Positions 44,373 to 59,300 of a DNA stretch of 64,000 bases are shown here, one piece after another. The position numbers and the translations under genes are program-made. Source of the stretch: a virus; IMG/VR virus record IMGVR_UViG_3300045988_179664, positions 22,072 to 86,071 of that record, one strand, 5' to 3'. The notes beneath the pieces are model-generated. The model saw nothing but the letters and a program-made list of their open reading frames with translations, had not been told where the DNA came from and made no database searches. Numbering within the stretch: the stretch's first letter is position 1; each line of letters starts with the position of its first letter.

Positions 44373-47300
44373 TTATTCAGCGGAATCATCCTTATGGTTA
44401 TCTTTGTTGTCGTTTTCGTCCTTCTTGCGCTTGTGGTTTACTACCACCAGAGCAGCGACGCCAATGCCAACCATTGCTACCAGACCAACAATGCTCTGTG
44501 CAAATCCGATACCCGTCTTCTTGTTGCTCGTGAAGATAGAGAAGAGGGAGAAGGGTTTGCCGTCTACCTTGAAGATATCGAGCCAGCCAATCGGCGGGGG
44601 CTTGGGCTTCTCAGTAGGAACAGGGGTCGGAGTAGGCTTCGGGTTGTCAGGAGTCGGAGTCGGTTTAGGCTCGTCAGGCGTTGTGGGAGTAGAGGGTTTC
44701 ACAACAGGGACTTTCACCTCGTTGGAAGGTTTCTCTACATCTTCATCAATCGGCTTGGACGGGTCCTTACCATGACCCGGATTCTCGGGGTCTTCGGGAT
44801 TCTGACCCGGAGCCTTAGCGACAGCCACGTTAATGACATCGTGTCCGGCATCCGCGTCAACGGCAACATAAGAATAGGTCAGAGTGAAGGATTCGCCAAC
44901 AGGGATACGAACAATAGTGAACGTTGTCGTTGCGCTATTGTAAGTATATCCATCACCGTTCTGGGCTTCAATATGGCTTGCGCCGTCATTGTTGTCCTTT
45001 ACGGTTACATTGACAAGGTCTACTTCACCGGTATTGGTTACTACCACACGATAATTGATGGTTTCACCGACATTGACTTTCGTCTTGTCAGCACTCTTCA
45101 CAATCGTGAGGCTCTTTTCGAGCGGAACATCCGTTTCCGTACCGGAACCCGGAACTTCCACATCGACCTTGTTGGACGGAATATCCGTATCAGGGTCAAT
45201 CGGTTTCGTCGGGTCTTTACCCTGTCCGGGATTCTCCGGGTCTTCGGGGTTCGTACCGGGAACATGAATCGTCGCTACGTTTTCAAGAATGTGCGTAGTC
45301 ACATCGGCGATACCGACAGTATAAGCGTAGTGGACAACCACATCGCCGCCAGCAGGAATCGTGTCGATGGTGAATACACCATTCTCATAGTGATAACCAG
45401 CGCCATCCACTGCGAAAATGCTTCCGGAGAAGTTATTCTCATCAGTCAGAGCAGCATTCTGAATATCGTGGTCTTTGCCATTGTGTACCGTTACGGTATA
45501 GGTGACAGTCTCACCCGGCTTTGCGACAGTCTTGTTTGCAGACTTCCAGATGGTGACAACGCCATCATCAGGCTTCTTCACATCGACTGTATTGGACGGG
45601 ATATTATACTGCTCGCCATCGTGCGTGTACTTAATGGTTGCGGTATTTTCCATAACGCTCTCATCGGTCGTCTCTACCGTATAGGTATAAACGATATCAA
45701 GAGCCTCACCGACATCCAGATAACCGATAGTCCAAGTGCCATCTCCGTTATAGGTATAGCGGTTAGAACTCTCAGCCGTAACATCACCCGCAAAGTTGTT
45801 ATGGTCTGCGACAGTGATATCGTTTACGGTTTCGTCTGTCGTATTCTTCACCGTAATGGTGTAGGTCACAACATCCGTTACCTTGGCAATATACTTATCG
45901 GCATCCTTTTCAACATCGATAGGCGGTGTCGGGTCTTTCACAACAGCAGCGTTCAGGACCTTAGGAGCATCAGCGGTAACTACCACATAGGTAAAGTTAA
46001 GCGTTACGCTCTCGCCAGCCTTTACAGTGCTGATGGTATAGGAGTTGTCGCCGTTATCCGCAACGCCATCCATGGGCACAAAGTTGAGCGTTCCGTTGCC
46101 ATCGAAGAAGTCTTCGACCACAACATTTTCCGCATCAGCCTTGCCCTTATTGGCGACAGTAACCGTATAGTTGAGCGTATCGCCAACCTTGGCCTCTGCC
46201 TTATCAACGGACTTGGTGATTTCGATTACAGGAATCTCTGTTTCGGTTTCAGAGCCAGGAACTTCCACATCAACCTTGTTGGACGGAATCTCCGTATCGG
46301 GGTCAATGGGTTTCTCGGGGTCTTTGCCGTGACCCGGATTATTCGGGTCTTCGGGATTCGTGCCGGGAACATGGATTGTTGCAATGTTTTCGAGAATCTG
46401 CGTGGGCACATCAGCAATTTCAACCGTATAGGTGTAGTGGATAACCACATCACCGCCTGCGGGAATCTTATTGATTGTGAATTCGCCGTTCTCGAAGGTG
46501 TAATCTGCACCGTCAACGCTTACGATTTCACCAGCAAAGTTGTTGGTATCTGTCAGACGAGCGTTTTCGATGTCGTGATTCTTTCCGTTATGAACCGTGA
46601 CGGTATAGGTTACAACCTCACCCGGCTCAGCCTTTGTCTTATCTGCAGCCTTGCGGATGGTAACAACACCATCATCGGGCTTCTCGACATCGACGGGGTT
46701 AGAGGGGATATTGTAATCTGTGCCATCCTTGCTGTAAGTCACATTTGCAATGTTTTCGATGACGGTGGCATCCTCAGCCTGCATCGTATAGGTGTAGGTG
46801 ATATAGATGGTCTCGCCAGCGGCAATAGTCGGGATGGTCCACGTCTTATTGCCATTGTAAGTGTACTTGTCAGCGTTTTCGGCCTTGATTTCGCCCTTGA
46901 AGTTGTTAGTATCGGTGACAGTTACATTGTCAACAGGCTCAGAAGTGGTGTTCTTCACGGAAATCGTGTAGGTTACAACCTCATCTACCTTTGCAATGTG
47001 CTTGTCGGCTTCCTTCTCAACGTCAACAGGCGGTGTCGGGTCTTTGATTACTGCGGCGTTCAGTACGAGAGGTTCGTCTCCTTCAACTACAACATAGCTG
47101 AAACGAAGCTTTACGCTCTCCCCTGCTTTGACCGTAGAAATAGTGTAGGTGTTGTCTCCGTTATCTGTCACGCCATCCATGGCCTTGAAGTTCAGCGTTC
47201 CGTTTCCGTCAAAGAAATCCTTAATCAGGATATTCTCAGCATCCGCGTTACCGCCGTTCTTGACAGTGACGGTGTAGTTTAGCGTATCACCAATCTTGGC

Positions 47301-50300
47301 AGTAGGCTTATCTACAGACTTGGTAATAGAGATTTCCGGAATCTCTGTCTCAACTTCGGAACCGGGGACTTCCACTTCGACCTTATTGGACGGAATGTCC
47401 GTATCGGGGTCAATAGGTTTATCCGGGTCCTTGCCGTGTCCGGGATTCTCAGGGTCTTCCGGATTCGTGCCGGGCACATGTGCCGTGGCAACATTTTCCA
47501 GAATGTGAGTGGGTACATCTGCAATCTGCACCGTGTAGGTGTAGGTCAGAACAGCGTCTGCACCAGCAGCAATCTTATCGATTACAAAGTGTCCGTCAAC
47601 GAACTTGTAGCCGACACCATTTGTGCCGGTAATCGTTCCAGCAAAGTTGTTGGAATCGCTTACGACCACATTGGTGATGTCATGCGCCTTGCCGTTGTGA
47701 ATCGTAACCGTGTAGGTCACGACCTCACCGGGCTCTGCAATCTTCTTGTCACCGCTCTTGACAATCGTAACTTCGCCATCCTTCGGGACAACGACTTCAA
47801 CGGGGTCTGCCTTGATGACATACTCGCCATCATCGGTCGTGTAGCGAACATCAGCTTCGTTGACCAGCGTAGAGGGGTCGGTAGTCTTCACAGTATATGT
47901 GTAGAGAATATCGATGCTCTCACCAGCCTTGATGCTGGGGATAGTCCAAGTATGGTTGCCATTGTAGGTGTACTTGGCGTTGTCTTTAGAGGTGATTGCA
48001 CCTGTAAAGTTGTTGGTGTCGCTAACCAGCAGGTCGGTAACGGTCTTGTCAGTCGTGTTCTTCACCGTGATGGTGTAGTTGACGACTTCATCGACCATCG
48101 CCACATGCTTGTCTGCGGTTTTCTCGATATCAATGGGAGGAGTCGGGTCTTTCACAACAGCAGCGTTCAGGACCATCGGCGCATCTCCGGTAACGACCGT
48201 GTAAGTGAAGCGGAGCGTAATGCTCTGACCCTTCTCCACATTCGCAACCGTATAGGTGTAATCACCGTTATCCGTCACACCGTCCATCGGAACGAAGTTC
48301 AGGACACCGTTACCGTCAAAGAAATCCTTGACGACAGCGTTCTTGACTGCCTGTCCGCCAACATTCGTCAGCGTAATCGTGTAGTTCAGCGTATCGCCAA
48401 CCTTGGCTTCCGTTTTGTCTACACTCTTAACGATTTCAAGTTCGCCTTCCGGCACATCAACATGCGTGCCGTCACCGGGAACCTCAACATCGACCTTGTT
48501 GGAAGGAATCTCCTCGTCAGGGTCGCCGGGGTTCTTGCCGGGAACATGAGCCGTTGCAACGTTCTCAAGAATCTTGGTCGGAACATCGGCAATCTGGACT
48601 GTGTAGGTGTAGTGAACCACTGCGTCACCGCCAGCAGGAATCTTGTCAATGACAAATTCGCCGTTGATGAACTTGTAGCCAGCACCGTCAACGCCCTCAA
48701 TCTTGCCCGCGAAGTTGTTCGCGTCAGTCAGACGGACATTCTTGATGTTGTAATCCTTACCGTTGTGAATCGTAACTGTATAGGTAACGACCTCGTTCGG
48801 TTCAGCCTTGGTCTTGTCGGCAGTCTTAAAGATGGTGACAACACCATCGTCAGGCTTTTCGACTTCGACGGGGTTGGACGGAATATCGTAGTCGGTACCG
48901 TTGTGGCTATAACGCACATCGGCAGTGTTTTCAATGACAGTTTCATCGCTTGCCTGCATCGTATAGGTGTAGGTAATGTCGATGGACTTGCCGGATTCGA
49001 GCGTTGCGATGGTCCAAGTCTTATCACCGTTGTAGGTGTAGCCCTTGCCATCCTTGGCTTCAATTTCGCCCTTGAAGTTGTTCGTATCGCTTACCAGCAG
49101 ATTCGTCAGCGTGTCCTTGGAATTGTTCTTCACCGTGATGGTGTATGTAACAATCTCATTGACCTTGGCGATATGCTTGTCAGCGCTCTTTACAATATCC
49201 GTGGGCGGTTCGGGAGTTGTGATGACTGCCGCGTTCAGAACCTCAGGTGCGTCACCGTCAACCACCACATAGGTGAAGTTAAGCGTTACGCTCTCGCCAG
49301 CCTTGACACTTGCAATCGTGTAGGTGTCATCACCGTTATCGGTGACGCCATCCATAGCCACGAAGTTCAGTGTGCCCTTGCCGTCGAAGAAGTCCTTGAC
49401 TGTGACATTCTCAGCATCGCCCTTGCCGTTGTTCTTGGCAGTAATCGTGTAGTTCAGAGTATCACCGACAGCGGCTTCACTCTTGTCTACACTCTTCGTC
49501 AGAACAAGGTCAGGAATCTTGGTTTCAGTTTCGGAACCCGGAACCTCAACATTGACAGGATTCGAAGGAATCTTCTCATCGTTATCGATAGGCTTGTTCG
49601 GGTCTTTACCGTGACCGGGGTTGTTCGGGTCTTCGGGGTTCGTGCCGGGAACATCAGCCGTAGCGATGTTTTCCAGAATCTGAGTAGGCACATCACCAAT
49701 TTCAACCGTGTAGGTGTAGGTCAGAGTGACCGAAGCGCCTGCGGCAATCTCAGCGATATGGAACTCGCCGTTCTCGAAGGTGTAATCTGCGCCGTCAACG
49801 CCAGTGATTTCGCCAGCGAAGTTATTAGCATCAGTTACTACAACATCGTGAACATCGAAGCCCTTGTTGTTAGTAACGGTGACATTGTAGGTGACGACCT
49901 CACCCGGCTTAGCCATCTTCTTGTCCGCTTCCTTGTGGATGGAGACAGTGCCCTTATCGGGTACGACCACATCGACAGTCGGCGTATCAAGTTTCACGGT
50001 ATCGCCGTTCTCGGAATACGTCACATCAGCCTTGTTCTCGAGGAGCTTCTCATCATTGCTCTGTACCGTGTAGGTATAGGTAATGCCGATGGTCTCCCCT
50101 GCTCCGATTTCCGGAATCGTCCAAGTATTATCGCCGTTATAGGTGTACTTGTCTGTATTGGCGGCATTGATGCTGCCAACAAAGTTATTGGTATCCTTGA
50201 CAGTGACATTCGTCTTTGCCTTGGTATCGGGGTTATACACGCTGATGGTGTAAGTCACGATTTCATCGACAAATGCGAACTTCTTGTCAGCCGTCTTGGT

Positions 50301-53300
50301 GGGTTCGAGCGGCGGGTCAACGGGCGGTGTCGTGACGACAGCGGCGTTCAGGACCTCAGGCTCATCGCCTTCCACGATAACATAGGTGAAGCGGAGCTCC
50401 ATGAATGTACCGGCAGGCAGTTTGTTGATGGTGTAAGTGCCATCACCGTTCACTACAACACCGACAGCCGGGATGTAGTTGAGTTTACCGTGTCCATCGA
50501 AGAAGTCTTCGACCAGAATATTTTTCAGTTCGCCATCGCCAACATTAGACACCTTAACGTTGTAATGCAGCATATCGCCAACAGAAGCACTCTTCTTGTC
50601 TACGAATTTCTCGACTTTCAACTTGCCCTCGGGCGGGTTGACAGGAACAGGTACATCACTGCCGGGAACCTTGACGGTGACCTCGTTAGAAGGCTTCGTC
50701 TTTTCATTCTCAGGAGTCTGGTCTTCGTCAGCGAACCAGTAATGCAGCGTAGCCACATTCTTCAGCTCGTTGTAAGTATCCTGACCCTTACCGGCATCGG
50801 TGTTCAACACAATGTAATCATATTCTACCGTGACAGTCTTGCCAGCCGGAATAGTGCCGACCTTGATGACTGCGGAACCGGCAGATGCAGATTCCAGAGT
50901 ACCGTTCTTGACATTCGCGATAACGCCGTTGAAGTTGTTCTTGTCGTGCAGCGCTGCATTCACATAGTCAACAGTATCATTGTTGTGCATGACGACGGTG
51001 TAATGCACCGTATCGCCGATGTTTGCAATGGCCTTGTCTGCCTGTTTTACAACGGTGGGTCCGACATGTTCCGGTGTGGGAGTTTCGGGGATGACAGGGA
51101 TATCAACCTCATTGGAAGGAATCTTTACCTTGCCGGAATCCGTCACATATGTCATTTCAGCGTTATTGACAAGCATGGTATTGGGAGCATCTTCATTCAT
51201 TACCGTGTAGGTGTAGACAATGTCTACGCTCTCACCAGCGCCGATAGAAGAAATATTCCAGACCTTGTCGCCAATATAGCTTACAACATCAGTGTTTTCG
51301 GCAGGCGTGATAACGCCCGTGAAGTTGTTCGTATCCTTGACCTCAACATTCGTCTTGGTCTCGTTAGTCGTATTGGTAACGGTAATGGTGTAAGTCACCA
51401 CCTCGCCAACCACTACGGTCTGTTTATCTGCCTTTTTCTCGATTTTGGGAACTTCCGGAATCTCGACAGCAGCATTGTTTACGGTGCCCTTGTCGCCTTC
51501 CTGTACGGTATAGGTGACAGGAATCTCAACGACCTCACCAGCCGCAATCTCTGCGATGGTGAAGGAATGAGTCGCTGCGTCATAGGTATACTTGTCGGAA
51601 CTTGCAGCATTGATTTCGCCAATGCCGTCATTGAAGTCGCGTACAACTACATTCTGAGCAGTCATTGTGCCGTTGTTCGTAACGGTAATGGTGTAGTGAA
51701 TGGTATCGCCAATCATCACACTGGATTCAAGAGAAGTCTTCACAACGCGAATGTCGCGGTCAGGCACTTCGCCTACATGGACAGTCTCAGTATCGGGGTC
51801 GCTCGTAACAGTCTTGTTGTCGGGGTTCTTGCCCTCAGCAACAGCCGTATTCACGATGTTACCGTTATCGAGGTTCATGTCCTCTGCCACAGCAGTATAG
51901 ACATAAGTGATTTCAACGGAATCGCCTGCGTTCAGCTCAGGAATCATCCACTTGCCGTTTCCGTCATACATCAAATCGCCAGTGTACTCGACAGTGCCGT
52001 TGCCGTTGGATGTATCGGTAACGATAACATTCGTCAGCTTTGTGTTGCCGCTGTTCTTAACGGTCAGAGTATAGGTTACGGTCGTGTCATTGCCGTTCAT
52101 ATCAACGAAGCTCTTGTCAGCGTTCTTTACGATGGTCAGTTCATCACGGAGCACATCAACCTCAACAGGCTTAGAAGGCTCTTCGATGTCCTTGTCACCC
52201 GGAATCTCAGTATCGGGATTCTTGGGAGCGTGAGCAGTAGCTACGTTGATAATCGTTTCGGGGTCACCGTTCTGCACAATATACAGGTAATTCAGCGTAA
52301 CGGAATCGCCGACATTCAGAGCAGGAATGGTGAACAGTCTGGTTTCGGGGTTATAGGTATATCCGTCGCCGGTAGAGACGATAAACATACCCAGAGCATT
52401 GGTGTCATCGGAGACGGTAACATTCGTCATATCGACAGTGCCGTCGTTCGTGACAGTGACCTGATACTTGACGACTTCGCCGGGATAAGCGTGGTCGCGG
52501 TCAGCAGACTTGACAATCGTCAGGTGCTTGTAGTACAGCGGCACGATTACTTCGTTGGAATCGACAGGTTTCTCAGGAATAGTCGGGTCTTCGCGAGCAG
52601 GAATCGTTGCGGTAGCAATGTTATCCAGCTTGCCGTTTGCGAGGTCATCTGCAACAACCGTGTACTTATAGGTGATGGTTACGGACTTACCAACGCCAAG
52701 GCTGGTGATTGTCCATGTTCCATCATCGTTGACACGATAGCCGAAGTGGAGCTTCGTGTTCTCGACAGGCTCGCCCATGAAGTTGTTCGTATCCTTTACG
52801 ACAACATTTTCAAGCTTCGTGTTGCCTGTATTGGTGACTTTCAGCGTGTAAGTGACGACATCACCTACGCCAGCCTCAGTTTTATCAGCACTCTTTTCGA
52901 TGGTCAGATTCTGACGGATGATTTCCACATCAACGTCAGGAGTCTTGACCAACCAATCCTTGTTAGGCTCGGTATAGTTCGGAGTGGTGCTGCCATCAGG
53001 GTTCTCAGTATAGCTTTCGACTACCTTCATATCGGTAATCTTGGCGTTGTTTTCGAGGATATCGTTGTTGTTGGTGCCGTGGTCGGTCGGGTCTACCGTG
53101 TAGGTATAGGTGAACGTTACGGCATTGGTATGGGCTTCATCGCGCAGATGGGAAATCTCTGCGATAACGAACTCGCCCTTCTCTGCATCATAGGTCACAC
53201 TGTTTGCCTGAGACAGGACAGGAACACCAACGAAGTTGTTGGTATCTTTGACGATGACGTTGTGCAGGTCATGACTGGTCGCGTTCGTAACGGTAATCGT

Positions 53301-56300
53301 GTAGCGAATCACATCGTAATCCGTAGCGCGTTCACGGTCAGCAGATTTCTCGATAGAGACAATTTCCTTATCGCGAACGGTCAGAGTACCATCCACATAC
53401 TTGATGATGTAGTTGGCATTGCTGCCGCTGCCATCTTCGGTGTTGATGATAACTGCATCGCTGGGAACGTTCTTGCTGGAACCCACTTCGGTCTGAGAAC
53501 CGGTTACGGTCACAGAATCCATCTTATCGTGAATGCCAAGCAGGTCGTTATCTACGAGTTCCGGAGCGTAGGTATAACCGGGTTCCGTCAACGGAGTGCC
53601 GTCATATACCTTTTCTGCGGAGTTTGCAGTAATGGTTACCTCACGCGGGTCAATGAAGAAATGTCCGGGAGTTACTGTGCCAATCTCAATATTATCTACC
53701 TCTGTATAGGTAGGAACAATGGAATAGCCGGGGTTCTCGGTACGAACATTCTCACCCGGAACACGAGCTGCATCCAGATTCAGGGCACGGTCGATATAAT
53801 CGCGCAGGTCCTTATCCGGAGTGTAAGGCTCATCTTTCTCGTTCGTGAGCGTATAGGAAACGTTGAACTTATCGGGGTCGTTATCACCGTAGGTCTTGCG
53901 GTCGTCTTCTGTCTTGATGTTAATAATCAAGGGTTTGACGGTCAACTTACCATCGATGTAAACGAAATCGTAGTTCGGGTTATGGAAAGTAGAATCCTTG
54001 GCAGATACAGGATATTCACCAACAGGGCTCCACTTCTCTGCATCAGTCTTGGTCTTGAGCGCATCTTTACCACCGATATCATCGATGGTGTCACCGCGCT
54101 TATAGCCGGTAATGGTTACGTTGGGTGTCGGGTTATCTTCGCCGAAATACTTTTCGTCGTCAATAACTGTAACAACGATGGTTGCAGGAACAATGGTCAG
54201 AGTTCCGGGAGTGGTAATGATTTCGTAGTTGCCGGACGGGTCAGTGCCATCAATGGTGATGGGATACTTGCCTACCTGCTCACCGTCATCAGTATCAGCG
54301 CCGGGACGCTTTGTGGTGATATCGAAGAAGTCTTCGTCACCGGGATTGACCAGTTCTTCGGGGTCAGTAATCGTCCAAGTCAGCGGGTCGGGGTCTTTCT
54401 CTCCGTAAACCTTCTGCTGGTCATCTGCCTTCACATGGATAGGTTTCTTACCAATCGTCAGGTCACCGCCAACATAGATAAACTTGTAATTGCTGTTGTC
54501 AGCAACCAACTGCTGTCTATCGTAGTTGATGGGATAATTACCAACTTTCGTCTTATTCGTTACGGGATTGCCAGCGTTATCGTTGCAGTACATTGTAGCA
54601 GTGCCGGAAACCTTGGATTCATCGTCCTTGATACCGGTACCTGTTTCATCCTTAACGTCACGACCGACAAAACCTGTGATGGAATAAGTGAATTCGGGAA
54701 TCTCATCGCCGTAGGTGGTCTTGTATCCGCCATCGACCGTAACAGTGAGCGTTGCGGGGATGATTTTCAGAGAACCATCGTATACGGTAACGGCATAGTT
54801 CTTGTTGTTTGTATCGTACTTTGCGGAAATGAGGTAATCACCATCATAGAGGGTAGTTCCCCACTTATTGAGAGAATCTGCTGCAGTGACATCGCCGCGC
54901 ACAACATTCTCACCCTTGGTGCGGTACAACTCAACATTCAGCGGGCTGTTTTCGGGGTCAATCAGGCCAATCACATTGCCAGCATTGTCTTCGTAATGGA
55001 AGGTAAATGCCGGGTCAGCAGTGCCGTAGGTCTTGACCTTATGGTCAATACGAACAATCAGTTCCTTCGGGTTGACAGTGATATCGCCATTGACATAGCG
55101 GATAACATAGTTCTTCTCGAAGTTTGTGTTGCTCTTGACTTCGAAAGTGGAGCCGATATGCTCTTCACCGTCTTCCAGAACAACGCAATCCGGGTTCACC
55201 GCATCCTCGTTGTTGTTGCCAGCAGTTACGATGTACTTGCCAGCGTCAGACAGGTCGAAGCACAGAGTAGCGAAGCCAAGTTCACCGTTCAGAACGGTTT
55301 CCTTCGTGTCATCACGCTTGAAGCCGGTAATATCGGCATCAAATGCGGGATTCTCTTCGCCATAGGTCTTGGAATAGCCACCCTTTACGGTAACAACCAG
55401 CTCAGCCGGAGTAATCGTAAAGTTGCCATTCTCCATGGTAATAACGTAGTTGGTGATACCATCCTTGCTGACAGGGCTGATATCGTTGGCATTGATGGCG
55501 TAAGCCTTGCCGAACGAATGCTCGCCAGTCCAGACATCTTCACCGGGTTCACGAGTCACGCCAGTACCTTCGAGGTCGCCGGGCTGGACAGGCACATCCG
55601 CGCCTTCCTTCTCGGTGAGAACAGGGCCATTCGCGTACTCAATGTAGTAGTTGCCATCTTCGCCACGGACACCGTCATGGAGCGTGTACTTCAATTCGGG
55701 GTCAGCATCGCCGTAAACCTTGGTGTTATCCGCAGCAATAACGGAAACGGGGCGAGGAATGATAGTCAGGTTGCCAGCGGTAATCGTGATGTCGTCATCA
55801 TCATAGATGGTGCTGTGGACACCGGACAGGCTGATGCAATCCTTGTAAGTGCCGCTGGAACTGGTCTGCGTATCCAGATGGGTAAAGGTAAAGGAATTGG
55901 TGTTGATACCGGCTTCCTCTGCCGTGATTTCAACAGCCTCGCCGTTTTCTACCTTAAACACATGATAGGTGTAATCGGTAGAACCATCGTAGAAGCGGTT
56001 GACACGGTCGCCGTAATAGCGAACCTTATCATCCACGGTAATCATCAGACCCTGACGCTTGACAATGAGGTCGTTTGCGTAACGATATTCAAAGTCGTAG
56101 TTCGGGTTATCCAGTTCAAGCTGTTTCTGGTCATTTGCCGCGAGGTTTCCAATCTGACGGTCCTGCGGCGTGGAGTAGACGGGATAAGAACCGACTTCTT
56201 CACCCTCTGCACGAACCAGATTGAAGACGATGGGAACCTTATCGGGGTTCACAACAACGCTTGCATCCGTGATACGGCTGCCTGCGCCGAGCTTCTGCTG

Positions 56301-59300
56301 ACCATTTACGGAATTATGGGTAATCATATCGGTCAGGGTGAAATCCTGAACCTTATCAGCATCGCCCAGTTCCTTCTGCCAGCCAGTGACTTCCAGCAGC
56401 ATCGGACGAGGTTTGATAGTCAGAACACCGGGTGTGTAGTTCGCAATCGTATAGTTATAACCGCCATCTGCGTTTTCACGAGGTACGAGAATCGTATGCT
56501 CTTCGCAGTAACTCTTATCGCCATACAAGTAATTGGAACCGACATCGGTGTACTTATTGTAAGTCAGGTTGATGTAATCGCTCAGAGTATTCTTTGCGGT
56601 TTCAAGAACCTTTGCGGTTGCGCCATCGTTATTCTTCAAAGCAACATCAGCAGTATCGCCGTGCTTCAAGCCAACAACGGTCAGCGTGTAGTCGTTTTTG
56701 TTATCTTCGCCGTAGTAACGCTCCTGATTACCAAATACGATTGTCAGCGGGACAGGCGTAATGGTCATCTTAGCGTCGTTCGTTTCGACGATATAGTTGC
56801 TTGCTGTGCTCTTTTCGTAAGAGATACGGATGGTATAGCCTTCGTCACGGACATTCTCGCCGCTGTCACGAACTGCCTTGATGCCGAGCATTTCACTGGT
56901 AGGCTTAATGATTTCGCCATCGACAGTCCACTTCAATGCGGGTTCCGTGCCGCCGTATGCTTTCGTTGCATCCAGAGCCGCAATGCGAATCAGACGAGGA
57001 TGTACTTTCAGAACATTGGACTCGTAAACGAGTTCGTAGTTGGAAACTACCTGTCCTTCACTGTTCGTGACGGTCTTGATGCCAAGAGTGTTGCCGTAAC
57101 CGGTGTTTTCGTTCACGGATACAGGATATCCGTTTACGGGAACATGGGTATGCGGATGGTCATCGTCATGATAATGCTCATGACCCTTGTGCATTTCGTT
57201 GTATTTCTCCAAGCAGTAAGCGCATTCTTCTTCGGGAACATCCGTCTGATAGATTACATCACTGCTCTGTGTAGCGGTTGTCAGATAAGGCAGATTAGAA
57301 GTGCCGTTCTTGAATGCCAGAGCGGTGCGGGAAGCGCCGTTTACGACTTCAACCACATTACCGATGGTATCATTACCAATCAGATGCATGTTGTTGTAAT
57401 CAACGGTAGCGTCATCGCCCAGAACGGTCCAATTGTTCTCGTCCGAAACATCCAGTTCATTGCCTTGGTCATCTGTGCCAAGAACCTTGAATGTGGAGTT
57501 GAAGAACGGGTTCGTTGTACCGTAAATCTTCTGGCTTTCGTCTACGGAAATCATAATCTTGCGGGGCTTGACCTCGATAGAACCGGGGTCTTCCGTGACA
57601 ACATAGTTCTTCAATACATCATAGTTGAACTCGTTCAGACCAATGTAAGATACAGGGTAAGAACCAGCATCCGTCGTCTCACTCGGTACTACATTGTATA
57701 CGAATTTACTCTGATAATTGTTTGTCTTTTTCGCTTTCAGGTCGAGTTTTTCGTCGTCCGAAGAAGCGGTCTTATGGTCTTCGACCAGACCTTCCATGGT
57801 CAGCCAGCTATCAGAACCCTTATTCCAGTAGTAGACATCGTCTGCATACGGAAGTTTGATATTCTTGAAGCCATGTCCATAAGTGGTGCTTACGCTCTTG
57901 ACCTGCGCACGCAGCGTCGTACGGTAAATACCACCGCTGAAAGTCTTGTCTGCGATATAGTAGTCGTTGTAGTTATTGTTCACAAGGTACATTTCATTGT
58001 TCTGTTCAATGTCACGCACCAGCGCGTTCGTATCATCGATATCCTGTACAGTGTACTCGAATACGATGTTTACGGTGCCGCCAACCGGAATTGTGTCAAT
58101 GTAGAACTCTGTACCCTGCTGGTTCATACGAATGCCATTTGTGGATTTCAGGGTGATGGGACCATTACCTGCAAATCTGCTCTTCAAACGCAGGTTCTGG
58201 ATAGCAACAGGAGCAACATAATTGTTCTGCGCTGCCAGACCATATCCGGTATCCTTATTCGTTACTGCAATCGTAACAGTCATCTTCTGACCAACCTGCG
58301 GGGTGGTCGTGCTGTAGCTGTACTTTACAGAATACGGCAGATGGCGAATCGTATTCGTCGAAAGACCATTGTAACGGTCTTCCTTGATGACACCATTGTC
58401 GCCGTTTGCATCATACCCGGTCAGCTGTTCGCCAGCATTGCTGTCAGCATAAGAACCAACATAGGTCTGAGCATTCAGTTCAACGGAATCGTAGTTGGTG
58501 ATATTATCAATATAGATATTTCCCTGTCCTTCTTCACCGATATTGGCGTTGTAGTAGGAATCATATACCTTGATGTTGTTCGGATTCACTACCGTGTTCT
58601 GGTAGTTATCCTGCTCGGTCTTGGTATAGCGGGTAATATCGATGTTTTCCTGTTTACCAGCAAGAATCATTTCATATGCCTGCTCGATAGTCACATTCTG
58701 ATTATCGTAGACAGTCGTGTCGGTCAGATACTTGCCGTTTCCGATATCATTGGAGTTACCATCGTAGTTCCACTTGTATTTGTTCACATCATGATACTGA
58801 CTGTGAACATACAGAGGACGAGGATTGATGGTACCAGTGAAATCTTCACTTGCAATATAATAGTTGTCGAACGGATTGTTAATCAGTTCAAGAATCGTAA
58901 CGGTCTTAATACTGTGCAGACCCGTGTGGATGGACTCTCTGAAACTCGTCTTTGCGAAGTCCTCAGGAGCATAGTTTTCGCAATAATAGCCGTAAGCCAG
59001 TGTGCTGTTCAGCGCGACAGTATCGCCGTGAACAATACCGGAATCAGCAGTTGCTGCTTTGATTTTAATATCAGATACCTTTGCGGTGCTGATATTGTCG
59101 TAAATCTTATTGTTGTCATAGCTGTAAAGATGCAGCGGGCGCGGATAAATATCGAAGTATACGACATTACCGTTGCCGGATACATATTCATCAGGTGTAG
59201 TGCTTTCGCCACGGACTACATAAGTCTTGCCGGGTTTCGTGTTTTCCCAGCAGAAAGTAACTTCGTACTTGCCCGTGTAGGTTGCCGTAGCAGTGTAGGA

